Source: Pseudomonadota bacterium
Lineage (GTDB): Bacteria; Pseudomonadota; Gammaproteobacteria; Steroidobacterales; Steroidobacteraceae
Length of the DNA stretch: 64,000 nucleotides
NCBI GenBank assembly: GCA_023433465.1
Contig: JAEZCR010000026.1
Location: 4,989 to 68,988 of the forward strand
Direction: 5' to 3'
The translations under genes and the position numbers were made by a program. The notes beneath the pieces are model-generated. The model searched no databases. It was not told the origin of the DNA and was given only the letters and a program-made list of their open reading frames with translations. This document shows positions 55,489 through 64,000 of this stretch, piece after piece. The first letter of the stretch is position 1. Every line of letters starts with the position of its first letter.

Positions 55489-57719
55489 AAGAGCACGAAC
55501 ACGCGCACCACCACCACGCGCATCACCCTGACCACGGTCAGGGCCATTGCCAGGCTCATGCGAAACCGCCGGCGCCCGCAGCGGCGCAGCCTGCCGGCAC
55601 GATCTACACGTGCCCGATGCACCCCGAAATCCGCCAGCCGAAACCCGGCTCGTGCCCGATCTGCGGGATGGCGCTCGAACCGCTGCATCCGACGACCGAA
55701 CACGACGACAGCGAGCTGCGCGCGGTGCGCCGCAAGTTCTGGATCGCGGCCGCGCTCGCTTTGCCGGTGGTCGTCATCGCGATGCTGCCGCACGTGTTCG
55801 GCCTGCATTGGTCGCCCGCCACGGCGCGGATCCTGCGGTTCGCGGAGATGCTCTTGAGCGCGCCCGTGGTGTTCTGGGCGGGCGCGGACTATCTACGCCG
55901 TGGATGGGTCGGCGTCACGCATCGCTCGCCCAACATGTACACGCTGATCGGACTCGGCGTGCTCGTCGCGTTCGCTTACAGCGTGGTCGCGACGCTCGCG
56001 CCGGATTCGTTCCCGGTCGAGATGCGCGATGAGCACGGCTCGGTCGGCGTCTACTTCGAAGTCGCGGCCGCGATCATCGCGTTGGTGCTGGCCGGAGAAT
56101 GGCTCGAACTCGGCGCGCGCGGGCGCACGAGCCAGGCCATCCGGCAATTGCTCGAGCTCGCGCCGCGCACGGCCCGCCGCGTGCGCGACGACGGCGTCGA
56201 GGAAGACGTGGCGCTCGAGGAAATCCATGCCGGCGATCGCATCCGAATCCGGCCCGGCGAGAAGGTGCCGGTCGATGGTCGTGTGCTCGAGGGTCGTTCG
56301 ACGTTCGACGAATCGATGCTCACGGGCGAGCCGCTGCCGGTCGACAAGGGACCGGGCGACCGCGTCGTGGGTGCGACGCTGAACCAGACCGGGTCCGTGC
56401 TCGTCGTCGCGGAGAAGGTCGGCGCGGACAGTCTGCTGTCCCAGATCGTCGCGCTCGTCTCCGAGGCGCAGCGCAGCCGCGCGCCTTCGCAGCGGCTCGC
56501 CGACGCGGTGTCCGCGTGGTTCGTACCTACGGTCATCGCCATCGCGATCCTCACGTTCATTGCGTGGTGGATCTGGGGTCCGCAACCCAGTCTCTCCTAT
56601 GCGATCGTCAACGCCGTCGCGGTGTTGATCATCGCCTGCCCCTGCGCGCTCGGCCTCGCGACGCCGATCTCGATCATGGTCGCGAGCGGCCGCGGCGCGC
56701 AGCTCGGCGTGTTGTTCCGGGACGCGAGTGCGATCGAAGGCCTGCGCACCATCGACACGCTGGTGGTCGACAAGACCGGTACGCTGACGCTCGGCCGCCC
56801 GCAACTGCGCGAAGTGCTGAACGCGATCGGGTTCTCCCAGGAGCACGTGCTCGGCCTCGCCGCCGCCGTCGAGAAATCCAGCGAACATCCGCTCGCACGA
56901 GCCATCGTGCATGGCGCGAACGAGCGCGGGCTCGCCATCCCCGAGGCGAGCGGCTTCCGGTCGCTGACCGGCAAGGGCGTCACGGCGGCAGTAGATAGCC
57001 GCGCGGTCGCGCTCGGCAACGCGGCGCTTATGGTGGAGGTGGGCGCGGACATCTCGCCGCTCGCGGGCCAGGCGGAAAGCCTGCGCGCCTCCGGTCACAC
57101 GGTCATGTTCCTCGCGGTAGATGGCCGGCTGGCCGGCGCGATCGCCGTGGGTGATCCGATCAAGGAGACGACGCCCGCGGCGTTGACCGCGCTGCGGGCC
57201 GCGGGACTCCACGTCGTCATGCTCACGGGCGACGCGCGCGGCACCGCCCAGGCTGTCGCGAAATCGCTGGGCATCGACTCGGTGATCGCCGAGGTGCAAC
57301 CTGCCGACAAAGCGAACGTCGTCGCGCGCCTCCAGGCCGAAGGCAAACGCGTCGCCATGGCGGGCGATGGCATCAACGACGCGCCGGCCCTGGCGCGCGC
57401 GGACGTCGGCATCGCGATGGGCACGGGCACCGACATCGCGATGGAAAGCGCCCAGGTCACGCTCGTGAAAGGCGACCTTACGGGAATCGCGCGGGCGCGC
57501 GCGCTGAGCAACGCCACGGTGCTCAATATCCGGCAGAATCTCGCCTTCGCGTTCGGCTACAACGCGCTCGGCATTCCCATCGCGGCCGGGCTGCTGTACC
57601 CGTTCACCGGCGCGTTGCTGTCGCCGATGATCGCGGCGCTCGCGATGAGCCTGTCGTCGTTCTCGGTCATCACCAATGCCTTGCGCCTGAGGAAGCGCTC
57701 ACTCGGAACCGTGCCATGA
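55485..57719 (+). CDS. copA: Copper-translocating P1B-type ATPase
   Basis: His-rich N-terminus, YTCPMHPE...CPICGM metal-binding module, TM CPC motif ([12 protein letters not shown]), DKTGTLT and GDGINDAP. The start overlaps the cueR stop (ATGA). Confidence 0.9.
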   Translation: MKEHEHAHHHHAHHPDHGQGHCQAHAKPPAPAAAQPAGTIYTCPMHPEIRQPKPGSCPICGMALEPLHPTTEHDDSELRAVRRKFWIAAALALPVVVIAMLPHVFGLHWSPATARILRFAEMLLSAPVVFWAGADYLRRGWVGVTHRSPNMYTLIGLGVLVAFAYSVVATLAPDSFPVEMRDEHGSVGVYFEVAAAIIALVLAGEWLELGARGRTSQAIRQLLELAPRTARRVRDDGVEEDVALEEIHAGDRIRIRPGEKVPVDGRVLEGRSTFDESMLTGEPLPVDKGPGDRVVGATLNQTGSVLVVAEKVGADSLLSQIVALVSEAQRSRAPSQRLADAVSAWFVPTVIAIAILTFIAWWIWGPQPSLSYAIVNAVAVLIIACPCALGLATPISIMVASGRGAQLGVLFRDASAIEGLRTIDTLVVDKTGTLTLGRPQLREVLNAIGFSQEHVLGLAAAVEKSSEHPLARAIVHGANERGLAIPEASGFRSLTGKGVTAAVDSRAVALGNAALMVEVGADISPLAGQAESLRASGHTVMFLAVDGRLAGAIAVGDPIKETTPAALTALRAAGLHVVMLTGDARGTAQAVAKSLGIDSVIAEVQPADKANVVARLQAEGKRVAMAGDGINDAPALARADVGIAMGTGTDIAMESAQVTLVKGDLTGIARARALSNATVLNIRQNLAFAFGYNALGIPIAAGLLYPFTGALLSPMIAALAMSLSSFSVITNALRLRKRSLGTVP

Positions 57720-59407
57720 TTTCCCGACGGACATTCGTACAGGGCCTCGGTGGCGGCGCGCTGCTGCTGAGCGGCGCGCGGGCGGGATGGGCGAGCGTGC
57801 CCTCGCCCGCCGTGCTCACGGGGCCCGAGTTCGATCTCACCATCGACGAGAAACGCGTGAACTTCACGGGCGCGCCGCGCCGCGCGATCGTCGTGAATGA
57901 TCAGCTCCCCGCGCCACTGCTGCGCATGCGCCAGGGCGACACCGCGACGATCCGCGTCACCAACAAGCTGCGCGAGAGCACGTCCATCCACTGGCACGGC
58001 ATCATCCTGCCGGCGGACATGGACGGCGTGCCGGGCCTGTCGTTCGAGGGCATCGCGCCGGGCGCGACGTTCACCTACCGATTCAAGGTCAACCAGTCGG
58101 GCACGTACTGGTATCACTCGCACTCGCGCTTCCAGGAGCAGGTCGGACTCTACGGGCCCATCATCGTCGAGCGGCGCGCCGGCGAGCGGCACGCGGCCGA
58201 CCGCGAATACACGCTGCTGTTCTCGGACTGGACCGATCACGATCCCGAGCGCATCTACGCCACGCTCAAGCGGCAGAGCGACTACTTCAACCAGAACAAG
58301 CGCACGCTCGCGGATTTCGTGGAGGATGTACGGACTCACGGGTTTTCGAAGACCTTCGAGGATCGGCGCATGTGGGCGTCCATGCGCATGAACCCGACCG
58401 ATCTCGCCGACGTCACGGGTTACGCGTACACCTATCTGTTGAACGGCGCACCGCCGGCAGGCAACTGGACCGGAATCTTCAAGCCCGGCGAGCGCGTGAG
58501 ACTGCGGTTGATCAACGGCTCGTCGATGAGTTTCTTCGACGTGCGGATCCCGGGATTGAAACTCACGGTGGTCGGTACGGACGGCCAGGACGTCGAGCCG
58601 GTCACGGTCGACGAGCTGCGCGTCGGCACGGCGGAAACCTACGACGTGATCGTGACGCCGGGTGACGCGGCCTACACGATTTTCGCGCAGGCGATGGACC
58701 GCTCGGGCTACGCGCGCGGCACGCTCGCGCCGCGCGCGGGCATGAGCGCGGACGTGCCGGCGCTGGAACCGCGCGGCCTGCTCACGATGACCGACATGGC
58801 GATGGATCACGGCGCTCACGGGGGCATGGATCCGGCCGAAGCCGCCCGGCACGCGGCGATGGGTCACGCGCCGCCGCCGGCCGCCGCGCCGCTCGTGCAT
58901 GCGCCGGCGGAGTCGGGTCCGCTCGTCGACATGCTGGCGGAGGTGCCCGCTTCCCGTCTCGACGATCCGGGCGTGGGCCTGCGTGGCAATGGCCGCCGCG
59001 TGCTCACGTTGTCGGACCTGCACACGATCGGCGGACCGATCGACCGGCGCGATGCCAGCCGCGAGATCGAATTGCATCTCACCGGTCACATGGAGCGCTT
59101 CGTCTGGTCGTTCAACGGACAGAAGTTCTCGGATGCGAAGCCGCTGGATTTCAGGCACGGCGAGCGGCTGCGCATCGTGCTGGTCAACGACAGCATGATG
59201 ACGCACCCGATTCACCTGCACGGCATGTGGAGCGAGCTGCTCGACGAGCACGGCGGATTCCTCGCGCGCAAACACACGGTGCCCGTGCAACCCGGGCAGC
59301 GACTCGCCTACCTGGTCACGGCGGATGCGCTGGGTAGATGGGCGTATCACTGCCACCTGCTCTATCACATGGAAGCGGGCATGTTCCGCGAAGTGGTGGT
59401 CGCGTGA
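57716..59407 (+). CDS. pcoA: Copper-resistance multicopper oxidase (CopA/PcoA type)
   Basis: Tat signal [16 protein letters not shown], copper sites IHWHG, YHSH and [12 protein letters not shown], and a Met/His-rich insert. The start overlaps the ATPase stop (ATGA). Confidence 0.9.
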   Translation: MISRRTFVQGLGGGALLLSGARAGWASVPSPAVLTGPEFDLTIDEKRVNFTGAPRRAIVVNDQLPAPLLRMRQGDTATIRVTNKLRESTSIHWHGIILPADMDGVPGLSFEGIAPGATFTYRFKVNQSGTYWYHSHSRFQEQVGLYGPIIVERRAGERHAADREYTLLFSDWTDHDPERIYATLKRQSDYFNQNKRTLADFVEDVRTHGFSKTFEDRRMWASMRMNPTDLADVTGYAYTYLLNGAPPAGNWTGIFKPGERVRLRLINGSSMSFFDVRIPGLKLTVVGTDGQDVEPVTVDELRVGTAETYDVIVTPGDAAYTIFAQAMDRSGYARGTLAPRAGMSADVPALEPRGLLTMTDMAMDHGAHGGMDPAEAARHAAMGHAPPPAAAPLVHAPAESGPLVDMLAEVPASRLDDPGVGLRGNGRRVLTLSDLHTIGGPIDRRDASREIELHLTGHMERFVWSFNGQKFSDAKPLDFRHGERLRIVLVNDSMMTHPIHLHGMWSELLDEHGGFLARKHTVPVQPGQRLAYLVTADALGRWAYHCHLLYHMEAGMFREVVVA

Positions 59408-60234
59408 AGGCGTCGACCTGGCTGGCCGGCGTCGCATTGCTGGCATCCGGGGGTGTTTTCGCGCAGCACGAGCAGCATCCGCCCGCCGCACCTGATGCAC
59501 CCACGGAAAGCGAGCGCGAGCACGTTCCTCCCGATCCGCCTCGGTCGCACCTGAACCACGACATGAGCTACCGCGAGATGGTCGAGATGATGGGCATGGA
59601 CGATCGCGCGCGATTCGGGATGGTCATGCTGGACCGGATCGAATGGGTGGACACGGATGAAGGCGATGTCTTCGAATGGGAAGCGGCCGCGCGTTATGGC
59701 GGCGACATCCACAAGATCTGGCTGGAGACCGAGGGCGCGAGGTCGGGCGGCGACACGGACGCGGTGCGCAACGAGCTGGCCTGGGACCGGGTGCTGAGTC
59801 GCTGGTGGAGCACGCGAGTCGGCGTGCGGCAGGATGGCGGCAGCGGACCCACGCGCACCTGGGCCGCGTTCGGCGTCGCGGGGCTCGCGCCGGGCTTCTT
59901 CGAAACCGAACTCATCGCCTATGTGGGCGAATCCGGCCGCACCGCGCTGCGACTGGCTACCGAAGTCGACGTGCTCATCACGCAGAAACTCGTCCTGCAA
60001 CCCCAGCTCGAAGTCGCCGCCTTCGGCAAGGACGACCTCGAACGGCTGCTCGGCTCCGGGCTTTCCGGCGCGGAGTTTTCACTGCGGCTGCGCTACGAGA
60101 TAACCAACCAGTTCGCGCCGTACGTGGGCGTCGGCTGGGAATGGCGCTTCGGCGAGACCGCCGACTTCGCGCGCGCGGCGGGCGAGGACACTTCGGAGTT
60201 CGCGCTGCGCGCGGGCGTGACCGCCTGGTTCTGA
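59404..60234 (+). CDS. pcoB: Copper-resistance outer-membrane protein CopB/PcoB
   Basis: GTG start overlaps the pcoA stop (GTGA). Signal peptide [21 protein letters not shown]. The beta-barrel ends ...GVTAWF. Confidence 0.8.
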   Translation: MKASTWLAGVALLASGGVFAQHEQHPPAAPDAPTESEREHVPPDPPRSHLNHDMSYREMVEMMGMDDRARFGMVMLDRIEWVDTDEGDVFEWEAAARYGGDIHKIWLETEGARSGGDTDAVRNELAWDRVLSRWWSTRVGVRQDGGSGPTRTWAAFGVAGLAPGFFETELIAYVGESGRTALRLATEVDVLITQKLVLQPQLEVAAFGKDDLERLLGSGLSGAEFSLRLRYEITNQFAPYVGVGWEWRFGETADFARAAGEDTSEFALRAGVTAWF

Positions 60235-60235
60235 A

Positions 60236-60829
60236 CTAGCCTTGGGGAACGTCCGACATGTCGGGCAGCTTGTGCGCGATTCCCTTGTGGCAATCGATGC
60301 AGGTCTTCTCGCCCGAGAGCAGCCAGCGCTCGTGGATTGTGGCGGCTCGTTTGCCTTGGCGCGTGAGATCCATGTAGCCGAATTCGTGGCAATTGCGGCA
60401 TTCGAGCGAGTCGTTGGCCTTGAGCCGCGCCCATTCGTTCTCGGCCAGCGCGCGTCGCTGGTTCAGGAATTTCTCGCGCGTGTCGATGGTGCCGAAGACC
60501 TTGCCCCAGACCTCTTTCGAGGCCTGCATCTTGCGCGCGATCTTGTCGGTCCATTTGTGCGGCACGTGACAGTCCGGGCAGGTCGCGCGCACGCCAGATC
60601 GGTTCGTGTAATGGATGGTCGACTTGAGCTCCTCGAACACGTTGTGGCGCATCTCGTGGCAACTCACGCAGAACTGCTCGGTGTTCGTCGCCTCGAGCGC
60701 CGTGTTGAATCCGCCCCAGAAGAGCACGCCGCCGACGAAGCCGCCGACCGTGAGCACGCCGAGACTCAGGTGCCGGCTCGGCCGCGACAGCGTGTTCCAG
60801 AAGCGCGTGATGAACGCGGGCAGGCGCAC
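60236..60829 (-). CDS. napC: NapC/NirT-family tetrahaem cytochrome c quinol dehydrogenase
   Basis: N-terminal TM plus four CxxCH motifs (CVSCH, CPDCH, CRNCH, CIDCH). Confidence 0.9.
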   Translation of the reverse strand: MRLPAFITRFWNTLSRPSRHLSLGVLTVGGFVGGVLFWGGFNTALEATNTEQFCVSCHEMRHNVFEELKSTIHYTNRSGVRATCPDCHVPHKWTDKIARKMQASKEVWGKVFGTIDTREKFLNQRRALAENEWARLKANDSLECRNCHEFGYMDLTRQGKRAATIHERWLLSGEKTCIDCHKGIAHKLPDMSDVPQG

Positions 60830-60830
60830 G

Positions 60831-61349
60831 TCAGCGCCTCTTCGCCGCGTCTTCGGCCATCAGCTCATCGACATCGCGGAAGTCGCTCTCGACCAGCGGC
60901 CGCGCGTCGGTCTGCACGACGTGGCACTGGTTGCAGAAATAACGTCGCGGCGAAACCGACCCGAGCACCTGGCCGTCCCGGTCGAGGAAATGGGTCACGC
61001 TGACCATCGGCGCCTGGAAGTTGGCCGCGTTGGCGCGCGAGTGGCACAACATGCACCGGTTGGAATTCTTGTCGACCTGGTAGCCGTCGATGGCGTGTGG
61101 AATCGTCGGCGGTTGATCCGGATAAGCGCGCTTGCGCTTGAGATCCGTGTTCTCGGTGCGCGCCATCGACAGCGCCGCGCCTTCCTCGTCGAGCGGGATT
61201 CCGCGGCGCAACGCGTCGATCGACTGCGGCTCGCTCGGCGGTGGCACGGGCGCGTCGGCGGTGGGATCCTGGCCGAACAGCACCAGCGGCATGACGACCA
61301 GCGGCAGGACCGCCAGGATCGTGATGATTCGAATGCGCGCGCGGCTCAT
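60831..61349 (-). CDS. napB: Periplasmic nitrate reductase dihaem cytochrome c subunit NapB
   Basis: Signal/anchor [19 protein letters not shown] and two CxxCH motifs (CMLCH, CNQCH). The start overlaps the napA stop (ATGA). Confidence 0.85.
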   Translation of the reverse strand: MSRARIRIITILAVLPLVVMPLVLFGQDPTADAPVPPPSEPQSIDALRRGIPLDEEGAALSMARTENTDLKRKRAYPDQPPTIPHAIDGYQVDKNSNRCMLCHSRANAANFQAPMVSVTHFLDRDGQVLGSVSPRRYFCNQCHVVQTDARPLVESDFRDVDELMAEDAAKRR

Positions 61350-63841
61350 ACCTTCACCACTTTCACGGCGCACTTCTTGAAGTCCGCCTGCTTGGAGATC
61401 GGATCGGTCGCATCGAGCGTCACCTTGTTGATCAGCACGCTCGCGTCGAACCACGGCACGAAGATCAGGCCGCGCGGCGGACGGTCACGGCCGCGCGTCT
61501 CGACGCGCACGCGCACCTCGCCGCGCCGCGAGATGACGCGCGCTTCCTGGCCGCGCCTGAGGCCCCGCGCCTCGGCGTCGTTCGGATGCATGAACACCAC
61601 CGCGCTCGGGAAGGCCTTGTAGAGTTCGGGAATGCGCATGGTCATCGAGCCCGAATGCCAGTGCTCGAGCACGCGGCCGGTCGATAGCCACAGGTCGTAT
61701 TCGGCGTCGGGGGCTTCGGGCGGCGGCTCGTAGGGCAGCGCCCAGATGACGGCGCGGCCGTCCTTGTTGCCGTAGAAGTTGAAGCCCTCGCCTTTCTTGA
61801 CGTACGGGTCGTAACCCTCGCGATAACGCCAGCGCGTCTCTCGGCGGTCGACCACCGGCCAGCGCAGGCCGCGCTCCTGGTGATACAGGTCGAATGGCGC
61901 GAGATCGTGTCCGTGACCGCGGCCGAACTCCGCGTACTCCTCGAACAATCCCTTCTGCACGTAGAAGCCGAAGGCCTTCGACTCGTGGTTCTCGTAGTCG
62001 GACGGCAGCTCCGAAAGCGGATACCGGTTAGCCACGCCATTGGCGAACAACACCTCGAACAGCGTCTTGCCGCGATAGGTGGGGTTGTCCGCGAGTAGTT
62101 TGGCGGGCCAGACCTCGTCGGTCTTGAAGCGCTTCGAGAATTCCATGAGCTGCCACAGGTCCGAACGCGCTTCACCCGGCGCATTGACCATCTGGCGCCA
62201 GAACTGCGTGCGGCGCTCGGCGTTGCCGTACGCGCCCTCCTTCTCCACCCACATCGCGGTGGGCAGGATGAGGTCCGCGGCCTGTGCGGTGACGGTGGGA
62301 TACGCATCCGACACGACGATGAAGTTCGCGGGATTGCGGTAACCGATCAACGCCTCCTCGTTGATGTTCGGCCCCGCCTGCAGGTTGTTGTTGACCTGCA
62401 CCCAGTAGGCGTTGAGCTTGCCGTCGCGCAGCATGCGGTTCTGTTGTACCGCGTGGAAACCGTTCTGGTCGTGGATCGTGCCGTGCGGCACTTTCCAGAT
62501 CTCCTCGGTGTGTCTGCGATGCTCGGGATTGGTGACGAGCATGTCCGCGGGCAGGCGATGGCTGAAGGTGCCCACCTCGCGCGCGGTGCCGCAGGCCGAC
62601 GGCTGGCCCGTCAGCGAGAACGGGCTGCTGCCGGGCGTCGAGATCTTCCCCGTCAGCAGGTGGATGTTGTAGACGAGATTGTTTGCCCACACGCCGCGTG
62701 TGTGCTGGTTGAAGCCCATCGTCCAGAACGACATCACCTTGATCTTGGGATCGGCGTAGAGCTCGGCGAGCTGCTCGAGCCAGCCGCGCTCGACGCCCGT
62801 CATCTTCGCGGTGTACTCGAGCGTGTAGGGCTTCACGAAGGCCGCGAATTCCCCGAACGTCATCGGCTTCGAGCCGCCCGGATCGTCGGCGTTTTCCGCC
62901 GCTTTCTCGAGCGGATGCTCGGGCCTCAGGCCGTAGCCGATGTCCGTGTTGCCGCGCTTGAAGTTCGTGTGCCGGTTGACGAAATCGCGCTTCACCAATC
63001 CTTTCGTGATGATGTAGTTCGCGATGAAGTTGAGGATGACGAGGTCGGTCTGCGGCTTGAAGATGATCGGGATGTCCGCGAGCTCGAACGAACGATGCTC
63101 GAACACGGACAACACCGCGACACGCACGCGCGGCGAAGACAACCGGCGGTCGGTGACGCGCGTCCAGAGGATCGGATGCATCTCCGCCATGTTCGAACCC
63201 CAGAGCACGAACGCGTCCGCCGCCTCGATGTCGTCGTAGCAGCCCATCGGCTCGTCCATGCCGAAGGTGCGCATGAAGCCGTACGCGGCGGAGGCCATGC
63301 AATGCCGCGCGTTGGGGTCGAGGTTGTTGGAGCGGAAACCCGCCTTGAAAAGTTTGTTGGCCGCGTAACCTACCCAGATGGTCCACTGCCCGGAGCCGAA
63401 CATGCCGACCGCGGTGGGGCCCTTCTCCTTCAGCGTCTTCTTGAACTGCGCGGCCATCACGTCGAAGGCCTCGTCCCAGCTCACGGGCTCGAAGTCGCCG
63501 TTCTTGTCGTACTTGCCGTTGGTCTTGCGCAGCAGCGGTCTCGTGAGGCGGTCGTTGCCGTACAGCACCTTCGAGAGGAAATACCCCTTCACGCAGTTGA
63601 GGCCGCGATTGACCGGCGCGTGCACGTCGCCGTGTGTCGCCACCACGCGGCCGGATCTCACCGCGACGTTCACGCCGCAGCCTGTGCCGCAAAAACGACA
63701 CGGCGCCTTCGACCACTTGAGCTCGGTGACGGCACGGTCGGTAACGAAGCTCTGGCCCTGCGCGGGCAGGGAGATGCCCGCGGCGGCCGCGGCGGTGGCG
63801 GCGGCGGTCTGCTTGATGAAATCGCGGCGTGAGTTGCTCAT
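61346..63841 (-). CDS. napA: Periplasmic nitrate reductase catalytic subunit NapA
   Basis: Tat signal [19 protein letters not shown], 4Fe-4S motif CRFCGTGCG, and a molybdopterin oxidoreductase core. 831 aa. Confidence 0.95.
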   Translation of the reverse strand: MSNSRRDFIKQTAAATAAAAAGISLPAQGQSFVTDRAVTELKWSKAPCRFCGTGCGVNVAVRSGRVVATHGDVHAPVNRGLNCVKGYFLSKVLYGNDRLTRPLLRKTNGKYDKNGDFEPVSWDEAFDVMAAQFKKTLKEKGPTAVGMFGSGQWTIWVGYAANKLFKAGFRSNNLDPNARHCMASAAYGFMRTFGMDEPMGCYDDIEAADAFVLWGSNMAEMHPILWTRVTDRRLSSPRVRVAVLSVFEHRSFELADIPIIFKPQTDLVILNFIANYIITKGLVKRDFVNRHTNFKRGNTDIGYGLRPEHPLEKAAENADDPGGSKPMTFGEFAAFVKPYTLEYTAKMTGVERGWLEQLAELYADPKIKVMSFWTMGFNQHTRGVWANNLVYNIHLLTGKISTPGSSPFSLTGQPSACGTAREVGTFSHRLPADMLVTNPEHRRHTEEIWKVPHGTIHDQNGFHAVQQNRMLRDGKLNAYWVQVNNNLQAGPNINEEALIGYRNPANFIVVSDAYPTVTAQAADLILPTAMWVEKEGAYGNAERRTQFWRQMVNAPGEARSDLWQLMEFSKRFKTDEVWPAKLLADNPTYRGKTLFEVLFANGVANRYPLSELPSDYENHESKAFGFYVQKGLFEEYAEFGRGHGHDLAPFDLYHQERGLRWPVVDRRETRWRYREGYDPYVKKGEGFNFYGNKDGRAVIWALPYEPPPEAPDAEYDLWLSTGRVLEHWHSGSMTMRIPELYKAFPSAVVFMHPNDAEARGLRRGQEARVISRRGEVRVRVETRGRDRPPRGLIFVPWFDASVLINKVTLDATDPISKQADFKKCAVKVVKV

Positions 63842-64000
63842 GGGGCGTCGGCCTGGTGATAAACGAGGTTGACCATCAGCACTTCGGGCAGCCCGCGCAG
63901 GTCATCCATGCGATCGGCGAGCTCGCGCTCGCCCGAGGCTTCGACCACGACGATGATCTTGCCGTCCTCGACGGCGTGAACTTCGGCGCCTTCGATGGCC
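63838..64000 (-). CDS. napD: NapD chaperone, C-terminal part (5' end outside window)
   Basis: Manual translation of the minus strand gives ...[53 protein letters not shown]-stop. The stop overlaps the napA start (ATGA). This ORF is not in the ORF track because its start lies outside the window. Confidence 0.7.
   Translation of the reverse strand, partial: AIEGAEVHAVEDGKIIVVVEASGERELADRMDDLRGLPEVLMVNLVYHQADAP

Noticed and set aside
60232-60238. Convergent pcoB and napC stop codons separated by a single nucleotide with no room for a terminator.
   Set aside because: The observation is real but not informative on its own. Convergent gene ends this tight occur in compact genomes, and termination could occur within the opposing coding sequences.

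Overview
GC-rich proteobacterial chromosome segment (GC judged by eye, not computed). It holds housekeeping and envelope genes, two adjacent accessory regions at a tRNA-Arg(ACG) hotspot, and then stress, copper and nitrate-respiration operons.

Layout, left to right:
- 1-9.6 kb: sthA (partial), an ATPase, a DUF1348 protein, and a run of M20 peptidase, TPR-sulfotransferase and TonB-dependent receptor.
- 9.8-14.8 kb: a PspA/IM30, classic-clade AAA+ ATPase, TM coiled-coil and SBP-OmpA operon. It is bracketed by two copies of a nested palindromic element.
- 14.9-21.4 kb: miscellaneous envelope and periplasmic genes.
- 21.5-34.7 kb: a TIR-rich conflict locus, which is the most interesting part of the window. 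It has an eight-gene translationally coupled minus-strand operon: GH108 muramidase, alpha/beta hydrolase, TPR-trypsin protease, TIR-like protein, YEATS-TIR fusion, 3-TM protein, large helical protein, lipoprotein. Divergent from it lie a TIR-TM-WD40 protein and a TIR-unknown protein. I cannot assign this locus to any named defence system from memory.
- 34.68-34.77 kb: a decayed integrase 3' end plus tRNA 3' remnant.
- 35.0-49.2 kb: a 14.2 kb integrase-bearing island bounded by 45-bp direct repeats of the tRNA-Arg 3' end. It carries CBASS (CapH/CapP, Cap5, CD-NTase, E2-only, plus a CoiA-like nuclease), a Type ISP restriction-modification enzyme, a Fic protein, four 24-bp iteron-like repeats, an orphan MobC and Xis/Int.
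- 49.6-55.0 kb: an RsbRST stressosome module with a PP2C and two-component output.
- 55.0-60.2 kb: a coupled MerR, P-type ATPase and multicopper oxidase (PcoA)/PcoB copper operon with a recognisable MerR-type promoter.
- 60.2-64.0 kb: napDABC.

All assignments come from motif reading of the supplied translations. No database search was run.
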